32,000 nt of DNA from Phycisphaera mikurensis NBRC 102666 (lineage in GTDB: Bacteria; Planctomycetota; Phycisphaerae; Phycisphaerales; Phycisphaeraceae). The DNA is taken from NCBI RefSeq assembly GCF_000284115.1, contig NC_017080.1, positions 690,001 through 722,000 on the forward strand. The letters are read 5' to 3'. The notes beneath the pieces are model-generated. The model did not search any database. It was not told where the DNA came from and saw only the letters and a program-made list of their open reading frames with translations. Positions 17,308-26,566 of this stretch are shown one piece after another; position 1 is the stretch's first letter, and each line of letters starts with the position of its first letter. A program made the position numbers and the translations under genes.

Positions 17308-18585
17308 CTAGCGGTACCTCACCACCGGCTCGAAGCCGATCGCCGATGCCTCCCACTCCAGGACCGGCTCGGGCGAGAGGCCCACGGCGGCGATCCGCGG
17401 CGGCTGGCCCCGCCCGGCGGCTTCGAGCAGCACGAACCGGCGGTGGCCCCCGGCGGGCGTGACGTAGCCGTAGAGGCGGGCGTCGCCGGCGTCGAAGACC
17501 AGCTCCCCGTCCTCCCCGAGGCGGCGGAGCGTGAAGCCGCGGCGGACCAGCGTCCGCTCCAGCGTCTCGAGGTCGCGCGGCATCGGCCAGCCCTCCCGCC
17601 GGTGGTAGGCGAGCGCCTGCCCGAGGAACTCCAGCCGCTGGGCGGCCTCGCTCACCGGCGGCGGGGCGGCGCCGGCGAGCCAGGCCGCCCACCGGCCCTG
17701 CATCGCGGAGGCGTCGGTGATCCCGAAGGCGGTGCGGAGCGCGGTGTCGGCGTTCTGGCCCAGCGAGAGCTGCCGCAGGTAGTTGAGAAAGGCCTCGCGG
17801 TAGCGGCCGTTCTCGGCGTGGATGAGGAAGTAGACCAGCGACCAGGACTGCGCGTACAGCGTCCGCGAGCGGTCCGGGTCGCGGTGCAGCAGGTCGATCC
17901 AGGTGCGGCCCTCGGCGCGGAGCAGCGTCGGCAGCGGCCACGCGGTGCCGCGGATCAGCGCCGAGCGGACCCCGGCGAGCCGCTCGGCGTTGAGCTCGCC
18001 GACGAAGAGCCGGCCGTTCACGAGCGGGGCGTCCTCGTAGTACTGCGCCAGCCCCTCGTTGACCCAGTGCGGCAGCTGGCCCAACCGGGCGGCCGCGAAC
18101 TGGTGGAAGCCCTCGTGCTGCAGCACCGCCCGCGTCGCCGCCGGGTCGCGGCCGCTGACCCAGGTCGCCAGCGCGTCGCCGCGTGGCCCGCCCGAGAAGA
18201 ACATCCCGCCGGAGTGGTCGGCGGCGACCCCGCGGCTCTTGAGGTACGCGTGGTAGCCGGCCGCGTGGCGGAAGAGGTAGACGTCCAGCGGCGCTCGCGA
18301 GCGGCCGGTGCCGAAGCCCTCGAAGCGCCGCTCCAGGTCGTCGTAGACCGCGTCGAGGTGCAAGCCCAGCGGCGCGGCCTCCGCGCGGGGCAGGTCGGTG
18401 TGCACGAGGTAGTGCCGAGAGCGGTAGAGCGACAGCGGAGCCGCGGCGTCGGGCACGAGCCCGGCGGCGGCCGCGGGGGGAGCCGATGGAGCCGCCGCCA
18501 GCAAGACGAGCGCGAGCGCCAGGGCCAGCATCGGCAGCCCCGCCCGCCGCGGCGGCTTCGCAGTGGTCAGGGGGCGTGGCCGCAC
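17308..18585 (-). CDS. DUF1570-like putative zinc metallopeptidase, secreted
   Basis: Signal peptide LPMLALALALVLLAAAPSA. LQHEGFHQF (HExxH) followed by WVNEGLAQYYE, as in planctomycetal DUF1570 proteins. Confidence 0.75.
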   Translation of the reverse strand: MRPRPLTTAKPPRRAGLPMLALALALVLLAAAPSAPPAAAAGLVPDAAAPLSLYRSRHYLVHTDLPRAEAAPLGLHLDAVYDDLERRFEGFGTGRSRAPLDVYLFRHAAGYHAYLKSRGVAADHSGGMFFSGGPRGDALATWVSGRDPAATRAVLQHEGFHQFAAARLGQLPHWVNEGLAQYYEDAPLVNGRLFVGELNAERLAGVRSALIRGTAWPLPTLLRAEGRTWIDLLHRDPDRSRTLYAQSWSLVYFLIHAENGRYREAFLNYLRQLSLGQNADTALRTAFGITDASAMQGRWAAWLAGAAPPPVSEAAQRLEFLGQALAYHRREGWPMPRDLETLERTLVRRGFTLRRLGEDGELVFDAGDARLYGYVTPAGGHRRFVLLEAAGRGQPPRIAAVGLSPEPVLEWEASAIGFEPVVRYR

Positions 18586-18800
18586 GGGTCCGGCATCGAC
18601 CCGCCGCGGCCGACGCTTGGGGCCGGCTCGCTTATGGGACGGATCGCGCGGTTATGGGGCCCATGCAGCCGGTGCAGCCGTTTCCCGCGGCGGGGTGGAT
18701 TTCCGGAGGCCTCGCGCTAGCGTCCCCGTTGAACCGGGCCTCCGAGCCCACCGCCGCAGACGCGGCCCCGTCTGCCTCCGACTCCTGAAAGGAATCCCCC

Positions 18801-19313
18801 ATGAGCGACCACGACACCAAGCACGGCGACCCCAACCGCGACCCCATCACCGACGAGAAGGGCGCCCATCCGGTCGGCGCCGGCCTCGGCGCCGCCGCCG
18901 GCGGCGCCGCCACCGGTGCCGCCGTGGGCACCGTCGCCGGACCCGTCGGAACCGCCATCGGCGTGATCGCCGGCGGCCTCATCGGCGGCCTCGCCGGCAA
19001 GGGCGTCGCCGAAGCCGTCGATCCCACCGAGGAGGACGCCTACTGGCGCGACGAGCACGCCAACAAGCGTCGCGACTACTACAAGGACGACCGCGACTAC
19101 GACACGCACTACAAGCCCGCCCACCAGTACGGCTGGGAGAGCTACTCCAAGAGCAAGCACGAGAAAGGCGAGGCCGAAACCTTCGACCAGCTCTCCCCCC
19201 GCATGAAGCAGGAGTGGAACGAGCACCGCAGCGACAGCGACCTCACCTGGGAGGAGGCGCACCCCGCCGCCCGCGACAGCTACAACCGCGCCTACGAGAA
19301 GAACGCGAGCTGA
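18801..19313 (+). CDS. Glycine-zipper protein with a charged Tyr/His-rich C-terminal domain (stress-protein-like), function unknown
   Basis: AAAGGAA upstream of ATG 18801. GAGLGAAAGGAATGAAVGTVAGPVGTAIGVIAGGLIGGLAG glycine zipper. Followed by a terminator. Confidence 0.8.
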   Translation: MSDHDTKHGDPNRDPITDEKGAHPVGAGLGAAAGGAATGAAVGTVAGPVGTAIGVIAGGLIGGLAGKGVAEAVDPTEEDAYWRDEHANKRRDYYKDDRDYDTHYKPAHQYGWESYSKSKHEKGEAETFDQLSPRMKQEWNEHRSDSDLTWEEAHPAARDSYNRAYEKNAS

Positions 19314-19338
19314 TCCGCGTCGCCGGAATGCGAGCATG

Positions 19339-19373
19339 GAGCGCCCCTCGGCCCGGCCGCGGGGCGCTTTCGT
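19339..19373 (+). terminator. Intrinsic terminator
   Basis: Stem AGCGCCCC (19340-19347) pairs with GGGGCGCT (19361-19368), followed by TTCGTG. The tail is identical to that of the 4400 terminator. Confidence 0.55.
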
Positions 19374-19468
19374 GCGCGAGCACGGGAAGAGCGGGTCCCA
19401 GATCGACCGTTTCCGGGGCTCCCGGCGGTGGAAAGCCGCGTCGGCAGATCCGCCGGGCGCCGCCCCGG

Positions 19469-19514
19469 CCGCGGACCGCGCGTGGAAACGCCGCGGAAAC
19501 CCGACGGTCCGCGG
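19469..19514. repeat. 46-bp hairpin repeat, copy E
   Basis: CCGCGGACCG (19469-19478), 26-nt loop, CGGTCCGCGG (19505-19514). Lies in a convergent gap, 43 nt past the DUF1194 stop. Confidence 0.9.
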
Positions 19515-19556
19515 CGTGGGTGCTCGTGCCGGGGCCGGCCGGGCCCGGGCGTCGGC

Positions 19557-20516
19557 TCAGTCGTACGCCGTCGGCTCCAGCTCCCGGACGAGCTTCTCGC
19601 GGATGCCGATGGCGAACTCCTCGAAGTCCGCGGCGTGCATCGAGAAGCTGTTGGGCCCCTGCGCCAGCTCGTCGGCGTACCAGCCTGCGAGGCCCTCGAC
19701 GTCGCCGATCGAGATGCCGTTGATCGTGACGTTGGGCCCCCGGTTGCCGAGGATGAAGTCCCAGGTGGGCCCCATGAGCCGGTCGAGGTCGTGGTCGTCT
19801 CCACGCTCGTTTGCCGCGTAGTAGGCCTGGTTCTCGCAGACCCCGTCGCCGGACACGTCGATGACCTCACGCCGGCCGTCGAACTTGTTCCGCTTCATGA
19901 AGTGCATCGCGGTGCCCAGGGCGTTGGACATGATCGTGTTGTCCGCGTGCCGCCGCTCGAAGTTGGCGATCCGTTGCGCGAAGCGGCGGCAGTCCGCCGC
20001 CGTCCGCAGATCGTGCCAGCCGGAGTTGCTGTGCTGCCACGTCGACGACCACGTCATGAACATGACGGCCACGCCGTCGCTCCGCATGATCTGCGCCTGC
20101 ACCGCCGGATCCTCGAAGGCCTTCACGTAGCCGTCGATCTGCAGCTCCCACTCCCGGTCGTCCACGCTCTTGGAGGCGTCGACCAGCAGGGCGAGCTCGA
20201 TGTCGACCGCCGTGTTCGGCGGCGGCGGCGGGGGCGGTGCCACGGGCTCCATCGGCGGGGCGGGCGGCGGCGGGTTGCGGCGGCGCTCCTCCTCCTCGAG
20301 GCGGCGGCGCTCCGCCGCCTCGGCCTGGCGTCGCTCCCGCTCGGCGATCTCCTCGGGGGTCGGCGGCGGCGGCGGCGGCGGGGGCGGGGCGACGTAGGGC
20401 CAGCCCTCGCTCGCGTCGGGCTCGGCGGCGCTCGCGGTTGTGGCGGGCGCGAGCACCGCGGCGGCGAGCAGCGCCGCCATCGGGAGTCGGAGGGCGTGGG
20501 AGAGGGAAGGCTTCAT
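19557..20516 (-). CDS. DUF1194 (vWA-like) domain protein with a poly-Pro / charged N-terminal linker
   Basis: ATG complement at 20514-20516 with signal peptide. VDIELALLVDASKSVDDREWELQIDGY, REVIDVSGDGVCEN and TINGISIG match the DUF1194 pattern, recalled from memory. Confidence 0.8.
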   Translation of the reverse strand: MKPSLSHALRLPMAALLAAAVLAPATTASAAEPDASEGWPYVAPPPPPPPPPTPEEIAERERRQAEAAERRRLEEEERRRNPPPPAPPMEPVAPPPPPPPNTAVDIELALLVDASKSVDDREWELQIDGYVKAFEDPAVQAQIMRSDGVAVMFMTWSSTWQHSNSGWHDLRTAADCRRFAQRIANFERRHADNTIMSNALGTAMHFMKRNKFDGRREVIDVSGDGVCENQAYYAANERGDDHDLDRLMGPTWDFILGNRGPNVTINGISIGDVEGLAGWYADELAQGPNSFSMHAADFEEFAIGIREKLVRELEPTAYD

Positions 20517-20731
20517 GTTCAGCTCCGGAAGTCGGGGATCGGCTCCCGGACGCGGGAGCACCGCCGCCTTCATCGGATCCGGCGCCAGCCGTTGCCACGC
20601 CACGCTTTGCGGGGGCGGCGGTCGGCGCCCGGTAGCGCGGCCTGGCCCGCTTGCAACGGCGGCGCCGGTGCCGCCTTGGCGTCCTTTACCCTCGCGTCGG
20701 ACTTCCTTCTCCTTCGACCCCGAGCCCGCTT

Positions 20732-21730
20732 ATGCCCCGCAAGATCGACGGCGACTTCGTCACCTTCACCCAATTCATCCAGGAGGAGCAGAACCGGCAC
20801 CCCGAGGCGACCGGCGATTTCTCCTGGCTCATGTCCGGCGTGGCGCTGGCGACGCGGATGATCGGCAGCTACATCCGCCGGGCCGGGCTCATCGACGTGT
20901 GGGGCGACCAGGGCACCACCAACGTCCAGGGCGAGACGGTCAAGAAGCTCGACATCATGGCCAACGACGCGCTGAAGCGCACGCTGGGCTACCGCGGCAA
21001 CGTCGGCATCATCGCCAGCGAGGAGGACGACGAGCCGCGGGTGATCAGCGAGGTCGAGGGCGAGGACAGCTACATCGTCATGTTCGACCCGCTGGACGGC
21101 AGCTCGAACATCGACGTGAACGTCAGCGTCGGCACGATCTTCACGGTGTTCAAGAACCCCCCGGAGATCGAGGGCGCCGCCAAGAGCGTGCTCCAGCCGG
21201 GCTCGAAACAGATCGCCGCGGGCTACGTGCTCTACGGCAGCTCCACCGTGCTGGTCTACACCTGCGGGCAGGGCACGCACATGTTCACGCTCGACCCGCA
21301 GTACGGCACGTACCTGCTCACGCGCGAGAACATCACGATCCCCCAGCACACGCCCAGCTACTCGGTCAACGAGGCGTACAGCCACGGCTTCCCCGAGGGC
21401 TACCGCCGCTACCTCGACTGGGTGAAGCTCGAGAAGCCGCGTTACTCCAGCCGCTACGTCGGCAGCCTCGTCGCCGACTTCCACCGCATCCTGATCAAGG
21501 GGGGCGTCTACTTCTACCCCGAGACGAACGCCAACCCCGAGGGCAAGCTCCGGCTCATGTACGAGAGCAACCCGCTGGCCTTCCTCGCCGAGCAGGCGGG
21601 CGGCGCCGCCAGCACCGGCACGCAGCGCATCCTCGACGTGATGCCGGGCGACGTGCACCACCGCACGCCGCTGGTCATCGGCGGGAAGAGGAACGTGGAC
21701 GAGGTGCTGGACATGCTCCAGGCCGGCTGA
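20732..21730 (+). CDS. fbp: Fructose-1,6-bisphosphatase class 1
   Basis: MPRKIDGDFVTFTQFIQEEQ..., ASEEDDEP, VMFDPLDGSSNIDVNVSVGTIF, GGVYFYP and RLMYESNPLAFLAEQAGG. Confidence 0.93.
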   Translation: MPRKIDGDFVTFTQFIQEEQNRHPEATGDFSWLMSGVALATRMIGSYIRRAGLIDVWGDQGTTNVQGETVKKLDIMANDALKRTLGYRGNVGIIASEEDDEPRVISEVEGEDSYIVMFDPLDGSSNIDVNVSVGTIFTVFKNPPEIEGAAKSVLQPGSKQIAAGYVLYGSSTVLVYTCGQGTHMFTLDPQYGTYLLTRENITIPQHTPSYSVNEAYSHGFPEGYRRYLDWVKLEKPRYSSRYVGSLVADFHRILIKGGVYFYPETNANPEGKLRLMYESNPLAFLAEQAGGAASTGTQRILDVMPGDVHHRTPLVIGGKRNVDEVLDMLQAG

Positions 21731-21762
21731 AGATCCGGGTCGCTGCGCGATAGCTTCGCCCG

Positions 21763-23265
21763 GTGAGCCCGCCGTCCCTTCCGCCGCTGCCGGCCTCGGC
21801 CCCGCCGGCGCCTCCGCCTGCGAGCGGGCCGGGGGTGGGCCCGGCCCTCACCTACCTCGGTCGCAGCCGGCTGGGCAAGGACCGGGCAAACCTCCTGCAG
21901 ACGCTGCAGACCGTGGCGGCGCTGGAGGGCATCGGCCACCCGACGCGGCTGGTGCTCCCGGGGTGGAGGCGCCGGATCGACCCGCGGGCGCTGCTCGCGG
22001 GCTTCGGCGTCGACCCCGCGCTCGAGCTCGAGGGGCACGAGGGCTTCCGCGAACGCCACGGGTACCTGCCGTACCTGCGACGCCACCGGGCGGAGCTGCG
22101 GGACGCCCGCGCGTACTGCCGCTACGTGCGGCAGGCGGGCGCCTGCTGGTCGCTGGGCATCCCGGTCACGCTGGAGGTGCACAACCGGGCGATGCTGGAG
22201 GAGCGGGGCTGGGTCCCGCGGCTCGTGGAGGCGCAGCGGCGGCGTTGGCTGCCGGCGGTCGTTTGCATCAACCGCGCCGACGCCGCGGCGTTCGCGGCCG
22301 CGGGGATGGAGCCCGAGCGGCTCCACGTCGCGCCCTCCGGCGTCGACCTCCGGGCCTTCGGCGGGTTGCCCGAGCCCGATCTTCTCGGCGGCGGCCCGCC
22401 GCGGGTCGCCTACCTCGGCCGTCTCAGCGAGGACCGCGGGCTGGGGCTGCTGCTCGCGCTCCACCGCCGGGGGGTGCTGCGCCTGTCGCTCGCCGGCGAC
22501 GCGGACACCGCCTTCGAGCCCCCGCCCGGCGTCGCCTCCCGCGGCTTCGTCCCGCCGCGGGAGGTGCCGGCGCTGCTGGGTGCGACCGACCTCGTGCTGC
22601 TCCCGTACCAGCCGCGGCTCGCCCACGCGGGCTCGATCAGCCCGATCAAGCTCTTCGAGGCGATGGCGGCGGGCCGGCCGGTGATCGCCAGCGACCTGCC
22701 CGCGATCCGCGAGGTCGTGCGGGACGGCGTGAACGGCCTCCTGGTGCCGCCCGCGGACGCCGACGCCTGGGCCGCCGCCGTCGCGCGGCTCCGGGCGGAC
22801 CCGGGGCTAGCCCGCCGGCTGGCCGACGCCGCGCGCACCGACGCCGCCGCCTACGCCTGGCCGCAGCGTGCCCGCGTCGTGGCCCGTGCGCTGGGCCTCC
22901 CGCCCGCAGGCGGCGGGCGTGGCCCGGACTGGGCGGAGACGCTCGCCGCCGCCCGCACCCACCCGCGTCTCCGCCGCCGCCTCGCCCGCGAGCTGGGCCG
23001 CCGCCTGGCCGCCGGCGACCGCCTCGATCCGCTCGCGGCGGTCGAACTCGGCCCCGACCGCCGGCTCCGCGGGCCGGCGCGGGGCGGCTCGCTGCGGCGC
23101 CGGCTGGCCGCGGCGGCGTCGGCGCTGCGAGCGGAGGCCGGGTTCGGCGCGACGGACCTCCAGCGGCTCGTCGGCGCCGCGCTCGCCGACGTCCGGCGGC
23201 CGTGGCGGGGGGGGCGGCTGCGCCGGAGCCTCCTGCGCCCGCCCGGCGTTGCGAATCCGCCGTAG
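21763..23265 (+). CDS. Glycosyltransferase family 4 (GT-B) with an Arg-rich C-terminal extension
   Basis: GTG 21763. SPIKLFEAMAAGRPVIASDLPAIREVVRDGVNGLLV is a GT4 C-terminal signature. Confidence 0.8.
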   Translation: MSPPSLPPLPASAPPAPPPASGPGVGPALTYLGRSRLGKDRANLLQTLQTVAALEGIGHPTRLVLPGWRRRIDPRALLAGFGVDPALELEGHEGFRERHGYLPYLRRHRAELRDARAYCRYVRQAGACWSLGIPVTLEVHNRAMLEERGWVPRLVEAQRRRWLPAVVCINRADAAAFAAAGMEPERLHVAPSGVDLRAFGGLPEPDLLGGGPPRVAYLGRLSEDRGLGLLLALHRRGVLRLSLAGDADTAFEPPPGVASRGFVPPREVPALLGATDLVLLPYQPRLAHAGSISPIKLFEAMAAGRPVIASDLPAIREVVRDGVNGLLVPPADADAWAAAVARLRADPGLARRLADAARTDAAAYAWPQRARVVARALGLPPAGGGRGPDWAETLAAARTHPRLRRRLARELGRRLAAGDRLDPLAAVELGPDRRLRGPARGGSLRRRLAAAASALRAEAGFGATDLQRLVGAALADVRRPWRGGRLRRSLLRPPGVANPP

Positions 23266-23343
23266 GGAGCCCGGAGCGGCCGCACCGGCACCGCGTACCG
23301 CGGACGCCAGCCCGCGCCGGGCAGGTGGCTCACCGACGCCGCT

Positions 23344-25242
23344 TCAGACCAGCTGCGCGTCCACCAGCCGCCGGTAGATCTCGCTGGCCCCGAGCAGCTC
23401 CTCGTGCGTGCCGCGGTCGACGATGCGGCCGTCGTCCATCACGACGATCTCGTCGGCGTCGACCACGGTCGAGAGGCGGTGCGCGATCAGCAGCGTGGTG
23501 CGGCCCTCCGCGAGGCGATCCATCGCCAGCTTGATCTTCAGCTCGCTGTCGGCGTCGACCTGGCTGGTCGCCTCGTCGAGGATCAGCACCGGGGCGTCAC
23601 GCAGGATCGCCCGGGCGATCGAGATCCGCTGGCCCTGCCCGCCGGAGAGGCCCACGCCGCCCTCGCCGAGCACCGCGTCGTAGCCGTCGGGCAGGCGGTC
23701 GATGAAGTCGTGCGCGAAGGCTCGCTTCGCGGCGTCGACGACATCCTCGCGGGCGGCGTGCCCGCGGCCGTAGGCGATGTTCTCCGCGATCGTCCCGCCG
23801 AACAGCGCCGTCTTCTGGCTCACCACCGCGATCCGCTCGCGCAGGCTCTTGAGATCCAGCGAAGCAACGTCCACGCCGCCGAGCAGGATCCGCCCGCGGG
23901 TGGGCTCGAGCAGCCGGGGCAGGTGATTCACCAGCGTGGTCTTGCCCGACCCATTGCCGCCGACGATGGCGACGCGGTGGCCGGCGGGCACGTGGAGGTC
24001 GACGCCGGCGACGGCGTCGCGGTCGGCGTTGGGGTAGCGGTGGACCACGCCCTCGAAGGCGACCGAGAGCGAGCCGGCGGGGGCCGGGGGCAAGCCCCGG
24101 CGGCCGGGCCAGTCGGTGGGTTCGGCCGGCAGCTCCTCGTCGAGGGCGATCACCCGGTCGGCGGCGGCGGCGGCGGCCTGCAGCTCGTTGGTCAGGTTCG
24201 CCAGCGGCTTGAGCTTCGAGCCCGCCGCGACCAGCGCGCCGAGCACCACGACCAGCTCCTCGGGCTGCACGCCGCGGTTGAAGACCCACCACGCCGCGAC
24301 CGACGCGGTAAGCACCACGCCGATCAGCGCCAGCGTGTCCATCAGCGGCGAGGAGGCCGCCTTGATCCGCCGCACCTTCAGCCGCTCCCGCAGCACCCGC
24401 CGCTGCACGTTCTGGAAGCGGCGTCGCTCCACGCCCTCGGCGTTGTGGGTCTTCACCGTCGCCAAGGCGGTGAAGGCCTGCGTCAGCGTCCGCAGCACCG
24501 AGCCGCGGTAGGACAGCTCGCGTCGCGTGCTCACGCGGATCCGCTTGCCGGAGAGCACGATGATGAAGCCCAGCAGCGGCGCGACGATGAGCGCCACCAG
24601 CGAGAGCCGCCAGTTCATGATGAAGGCGACCGCCACGCCGACGGCGCCCTGGAGCAGCGCCTCGAAGGTGCGGCCGAGCAGGATGGGGTAGCCGGCGCAC
24701 ATCTGCGTCACGTCGCCGGTGAGGCGGGCGATGAGGTCCGAGACGCCGCCGGTCGGCCCCTTCTCCAGCCCCGCCGGCGGCCCCCACCGCTTGCGCTCCC
24801 GCTTCACGGCCGCGTCGGAGTGCAGCCGCGGCAGCGGCACGCGGATCGCCCGGCGGAACAGCCGCTTCCGCCACCACTGCTCGGCGTAGATCGTGACGTC
24901 CTGCACCGAGGCGGTCTGCAGGTAGCGGCCGATGCTGCCGACGATCGTGAAGAGCACGATGACGCCCAGCAGGCTGACGAACTGGGTGAAGGGCGTGCCC
25001 GGCAGCAGGTCGATGACCCCGTTCGCCGGCCCCTGCAGCCAGCCCGGCCCGCGTTGCGCCGCGTCGCGGAGGGTCGGTCGCAGGTCCGTCTGCGGGTTCA
25101 GCAGCAGCTGCATCACCGGGAACAACATCCCCAGCCCGGCCCCGAACGAGGCGGCCGAGAGCAACGCACCCGCCACGAGCAGCACCAGCAGGCGCTTGAA
25201 CCGCAGAAGCACCCGACAGGATCGCCACAATGGACCACGCAT
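23344..25242 (-). CDS. ABC transporter, fused permease/ATPase, MsbA-like lipid/glycolipid exporter
   Basis: ATG complement at 25240-25242 (MRGPLWRSCRVLLRFKRLL). Six-TM exporter domain, Walker A GGNGSGKTT, signature LSGGQGQRISIARA, Walker B VLILDEATS. Confidence 0.9.
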   Translation of the reverse strand: MRGPLWRSCRVLLRFKRLLVLLVAGALLSAASFGAGLGMLFPVMQLLLNPQTDLRPTLRDAAQRGPGWLQGPANGVIDLLPGTPFTQFVSLLGVIVLFTIVGSIGRYLQTASVQDVTIYAEQWWRKRLFRRAIRVPLPRLHSDAAVKRERKRWGPPAGLEKGPTGGVSDLIARLTGDVTQMCAGYPILLGRTFEALLQGAVGVAVAFIMNWRLSLVALIVAPLLGFIIVLSGKRIRVSTRRELSYRGSVLRTLTQAFTALATVKTHNAEGVERRRFQNVQRRVLRERLKVRRIKAASSPLMDTLALIGVVLTASVAAWWVFNRGVQPEELVVVLGALVAAGSKLKPLANLTNELQAAAAAADRVIALDEELPAEPTDWPGRRGLPPAPAGSLSVAFEGVVHRYPNADRDAVAGVDLHVPAGHRVAIVGGNGSGKTTLVNHLPRLLEPTRGRILLGGVDVASLDLKSLRERIAVVSQKTALFGGTIAENIAYGRGHAAREDVVDAAKRAFAHDFIDRLPDGYDAVLGEGGVGLSGGQGQRISIARAILRDAPVLILDEATSQVDADSELKIKLAMDRLAEGRTTLLIAHRLSTVVDADEIVVMDDGRIVDRGTHEELLGASEIYRRLVDAQLV

Positions 25243-25342
25243 GGGCGGCACACTAAAGATGACCCGCCGCGGCCGGGCGGCGGCCGCGCCGCGGGACGCT
25301 CCCGGGCGGCGGGGCGGCGGGGCGGCTCGCGGCGGGCGTGCG

Positions 25343-25388
25343 CCGCGGATCGCACGCTCGGAGGCGGGTTCAGGGCCGCGGTCCGCGG
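25343..25388. repeat. 46-bp hairpin repeat, copy F (one arm mismatch)
   Basis: CCGCGGATCG (25343-25352), 26-nt loop, CGGTCCGCGG (25379-25388). Overlaps the stop codon of the 25370-26566 CDS. Confidence 0.8.
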
Positions 25389-26566
25389 CGGGCGCCCGCC
25401 CACCGGTGGGCGTGCCAGGCCCCGATGCCGCCGACGACGACCGCGCAGAAGAGGGCGCACGCGGCCCAGCGGAGGTCGACGGCGGGCGGAAGCCGCTGCT
25501 GCAGCGGGTCCAGGCCCCAGACGGCGCTGCCGAGGAAGACGGCCAGGAGGACCGCCAGGACCGCCGGGCGCGGCCGCGCGAAGGCCGCGCCGACGGCATG
25601 GCGTGCCCGCCGGACGCCCGGCAACGCCCCCATCCGACGCCAGGGCAGGAACGCCGCGTAAGCGAGGAAGCTCTGCACGAAGAAGATGTCCATCGTGAAG
25701 AACACCGCGGTGTGGAACAGCACCAGCACCACGAGGTTCACCCGGAACAGCAGCGGCAGGAACACCAGGAACGCCGGCGCCCCCTCCGCCAGCACGGTGG
25801 CCCAGTCCTGCGCCTCCCAGACCCACCACGGCATCGGCAGCTCGATCGTCAGCCGGGTGGTGGGCGTGTCGCGGCCGGTCAGGTGGAAGTTCCGCAGCGT
25901 GTGGTAGAGGACCGCCTGCTTCTCGGTGTCCAGCCAGCCGCCGCGCAGCTTCGGGAGCGCGGAGGTGAACAGCGAGCAGCCGACGATCCACGCCCAGAGC
26001 GTGAGCAGGTAGCCGGCGCGGGCCGGGCTCACCCGCGGCCGGCCGCCGGCTCCGTCTCGGGCGCGAGCGCGGGCGCGGGCCTGTGCGTCCAGCGAGAGCC
26101 GGTCGCCCCAGCCGGCGTAGGCCATCACCAGCGGCATGATCACCAGCGTGATGTTGTGGCCGATCTTGCCGGTCGTGAACAGGCCGCCCTGCATGAGGAG
26201 GAAGCCCAGGGCGAGGCCGACCGACGCCGTGCGCGTCCACTTGCCGACGAACAGGAGGAAGGCGAGGACGCCGAGCACCGGGTTCAGCACGCCGTACAGC
26301 CAGGCCGGGGGCGAGCCGCCGAACGCCGCCACCATCAGCCAGGGCAGGCCCGGCGGCGGCTGGGCGGGGAAGCTCTCGAAGGCGGCGACCCAGCGGCCCG
26401 ACGGCAGCGATGCGAGCACGAAGAGCAACGCGAACGCCATCCGCAGGAAGGGCAGCCCGGCGATCGAGTCGGCGTAGAGCGTGTTGGCGCGGCGGACCAG
26501 CCGCTGCTCCCAGGTGGGGGCCGCGGCGTCGCGTGGCCCGGACGCGGCGGCCTCAGGCGGGGGCAT
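25370..26566 (-). CDS. Polytopic integral membrane protein, possibly HTTM (vitamin-K-carboxylase-like) domain
   Basis: Multiple TM segments. GLPFLRMAFALLFV and GHNITLVIMPLVMAYAGWGDRLSLDA resemble the HTTM N-terminal pattern, from memory and unverified. Confidence 0.75.
   Translation of the reverse strand: MPPPEAAASGPRDAAAPTWEQRLVRRANTLYADSIAGLPFLRMAFALLFVLASLPSGRWVAAFESFPAQPPPGLPWLMVAAFGGSPPAWLYGVLNPVLGVLAFLLFVGKWTRTASVGLALGFLLMQGGLFTTGKIGHNITLVIMPLVMAYAGWGDRLSLDAQARARARARDGAGGRPRVSPARAGYLLTLWAWIVGCSLFTSALPKLRGGWLDTEKQAVLYHTLRNFHLTGRDTPTTRLTIELPMPWWVWEAQDWATVLAEGAPAFLVFLPLLFRVNLVVLVLFHTAVFFTMDIFFVQSFLAYAAFLPWRRMGALPGVRRARHAVGAAFARPRPAVLAVLLAVFLGSAVWGLDPLQQRLPPAVDLRWAACALFCAVVVGGIGAWHAHRWAGARRGPRP

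Noticed and set aside
18604-18651. Possible ninth, degenerate copy of the hairpin repeat in the DUF1570 / glycine-zipper divergent region.
   Set aside because: The left arm CCGCGGCCG resembles copy G. The right arm (CGGATCGCGCGG) needs indels and the loop is 27 nt, with only about 5 clean base pairs. It is too degenerate to call as a feature and is mentioned only as a possibility.
20684-20693. Shared 10-mer CTTTACCCTC upstream of fbp (20684-20693) and of the last GT4 gene (31484-31493) as a promoter or leader motif.
   Set aside because: Only two copies, at different distances from the start codons. Exact 10-mer sharing between two positions is expected many times by chance in 64 kb of biased-composition sequence.
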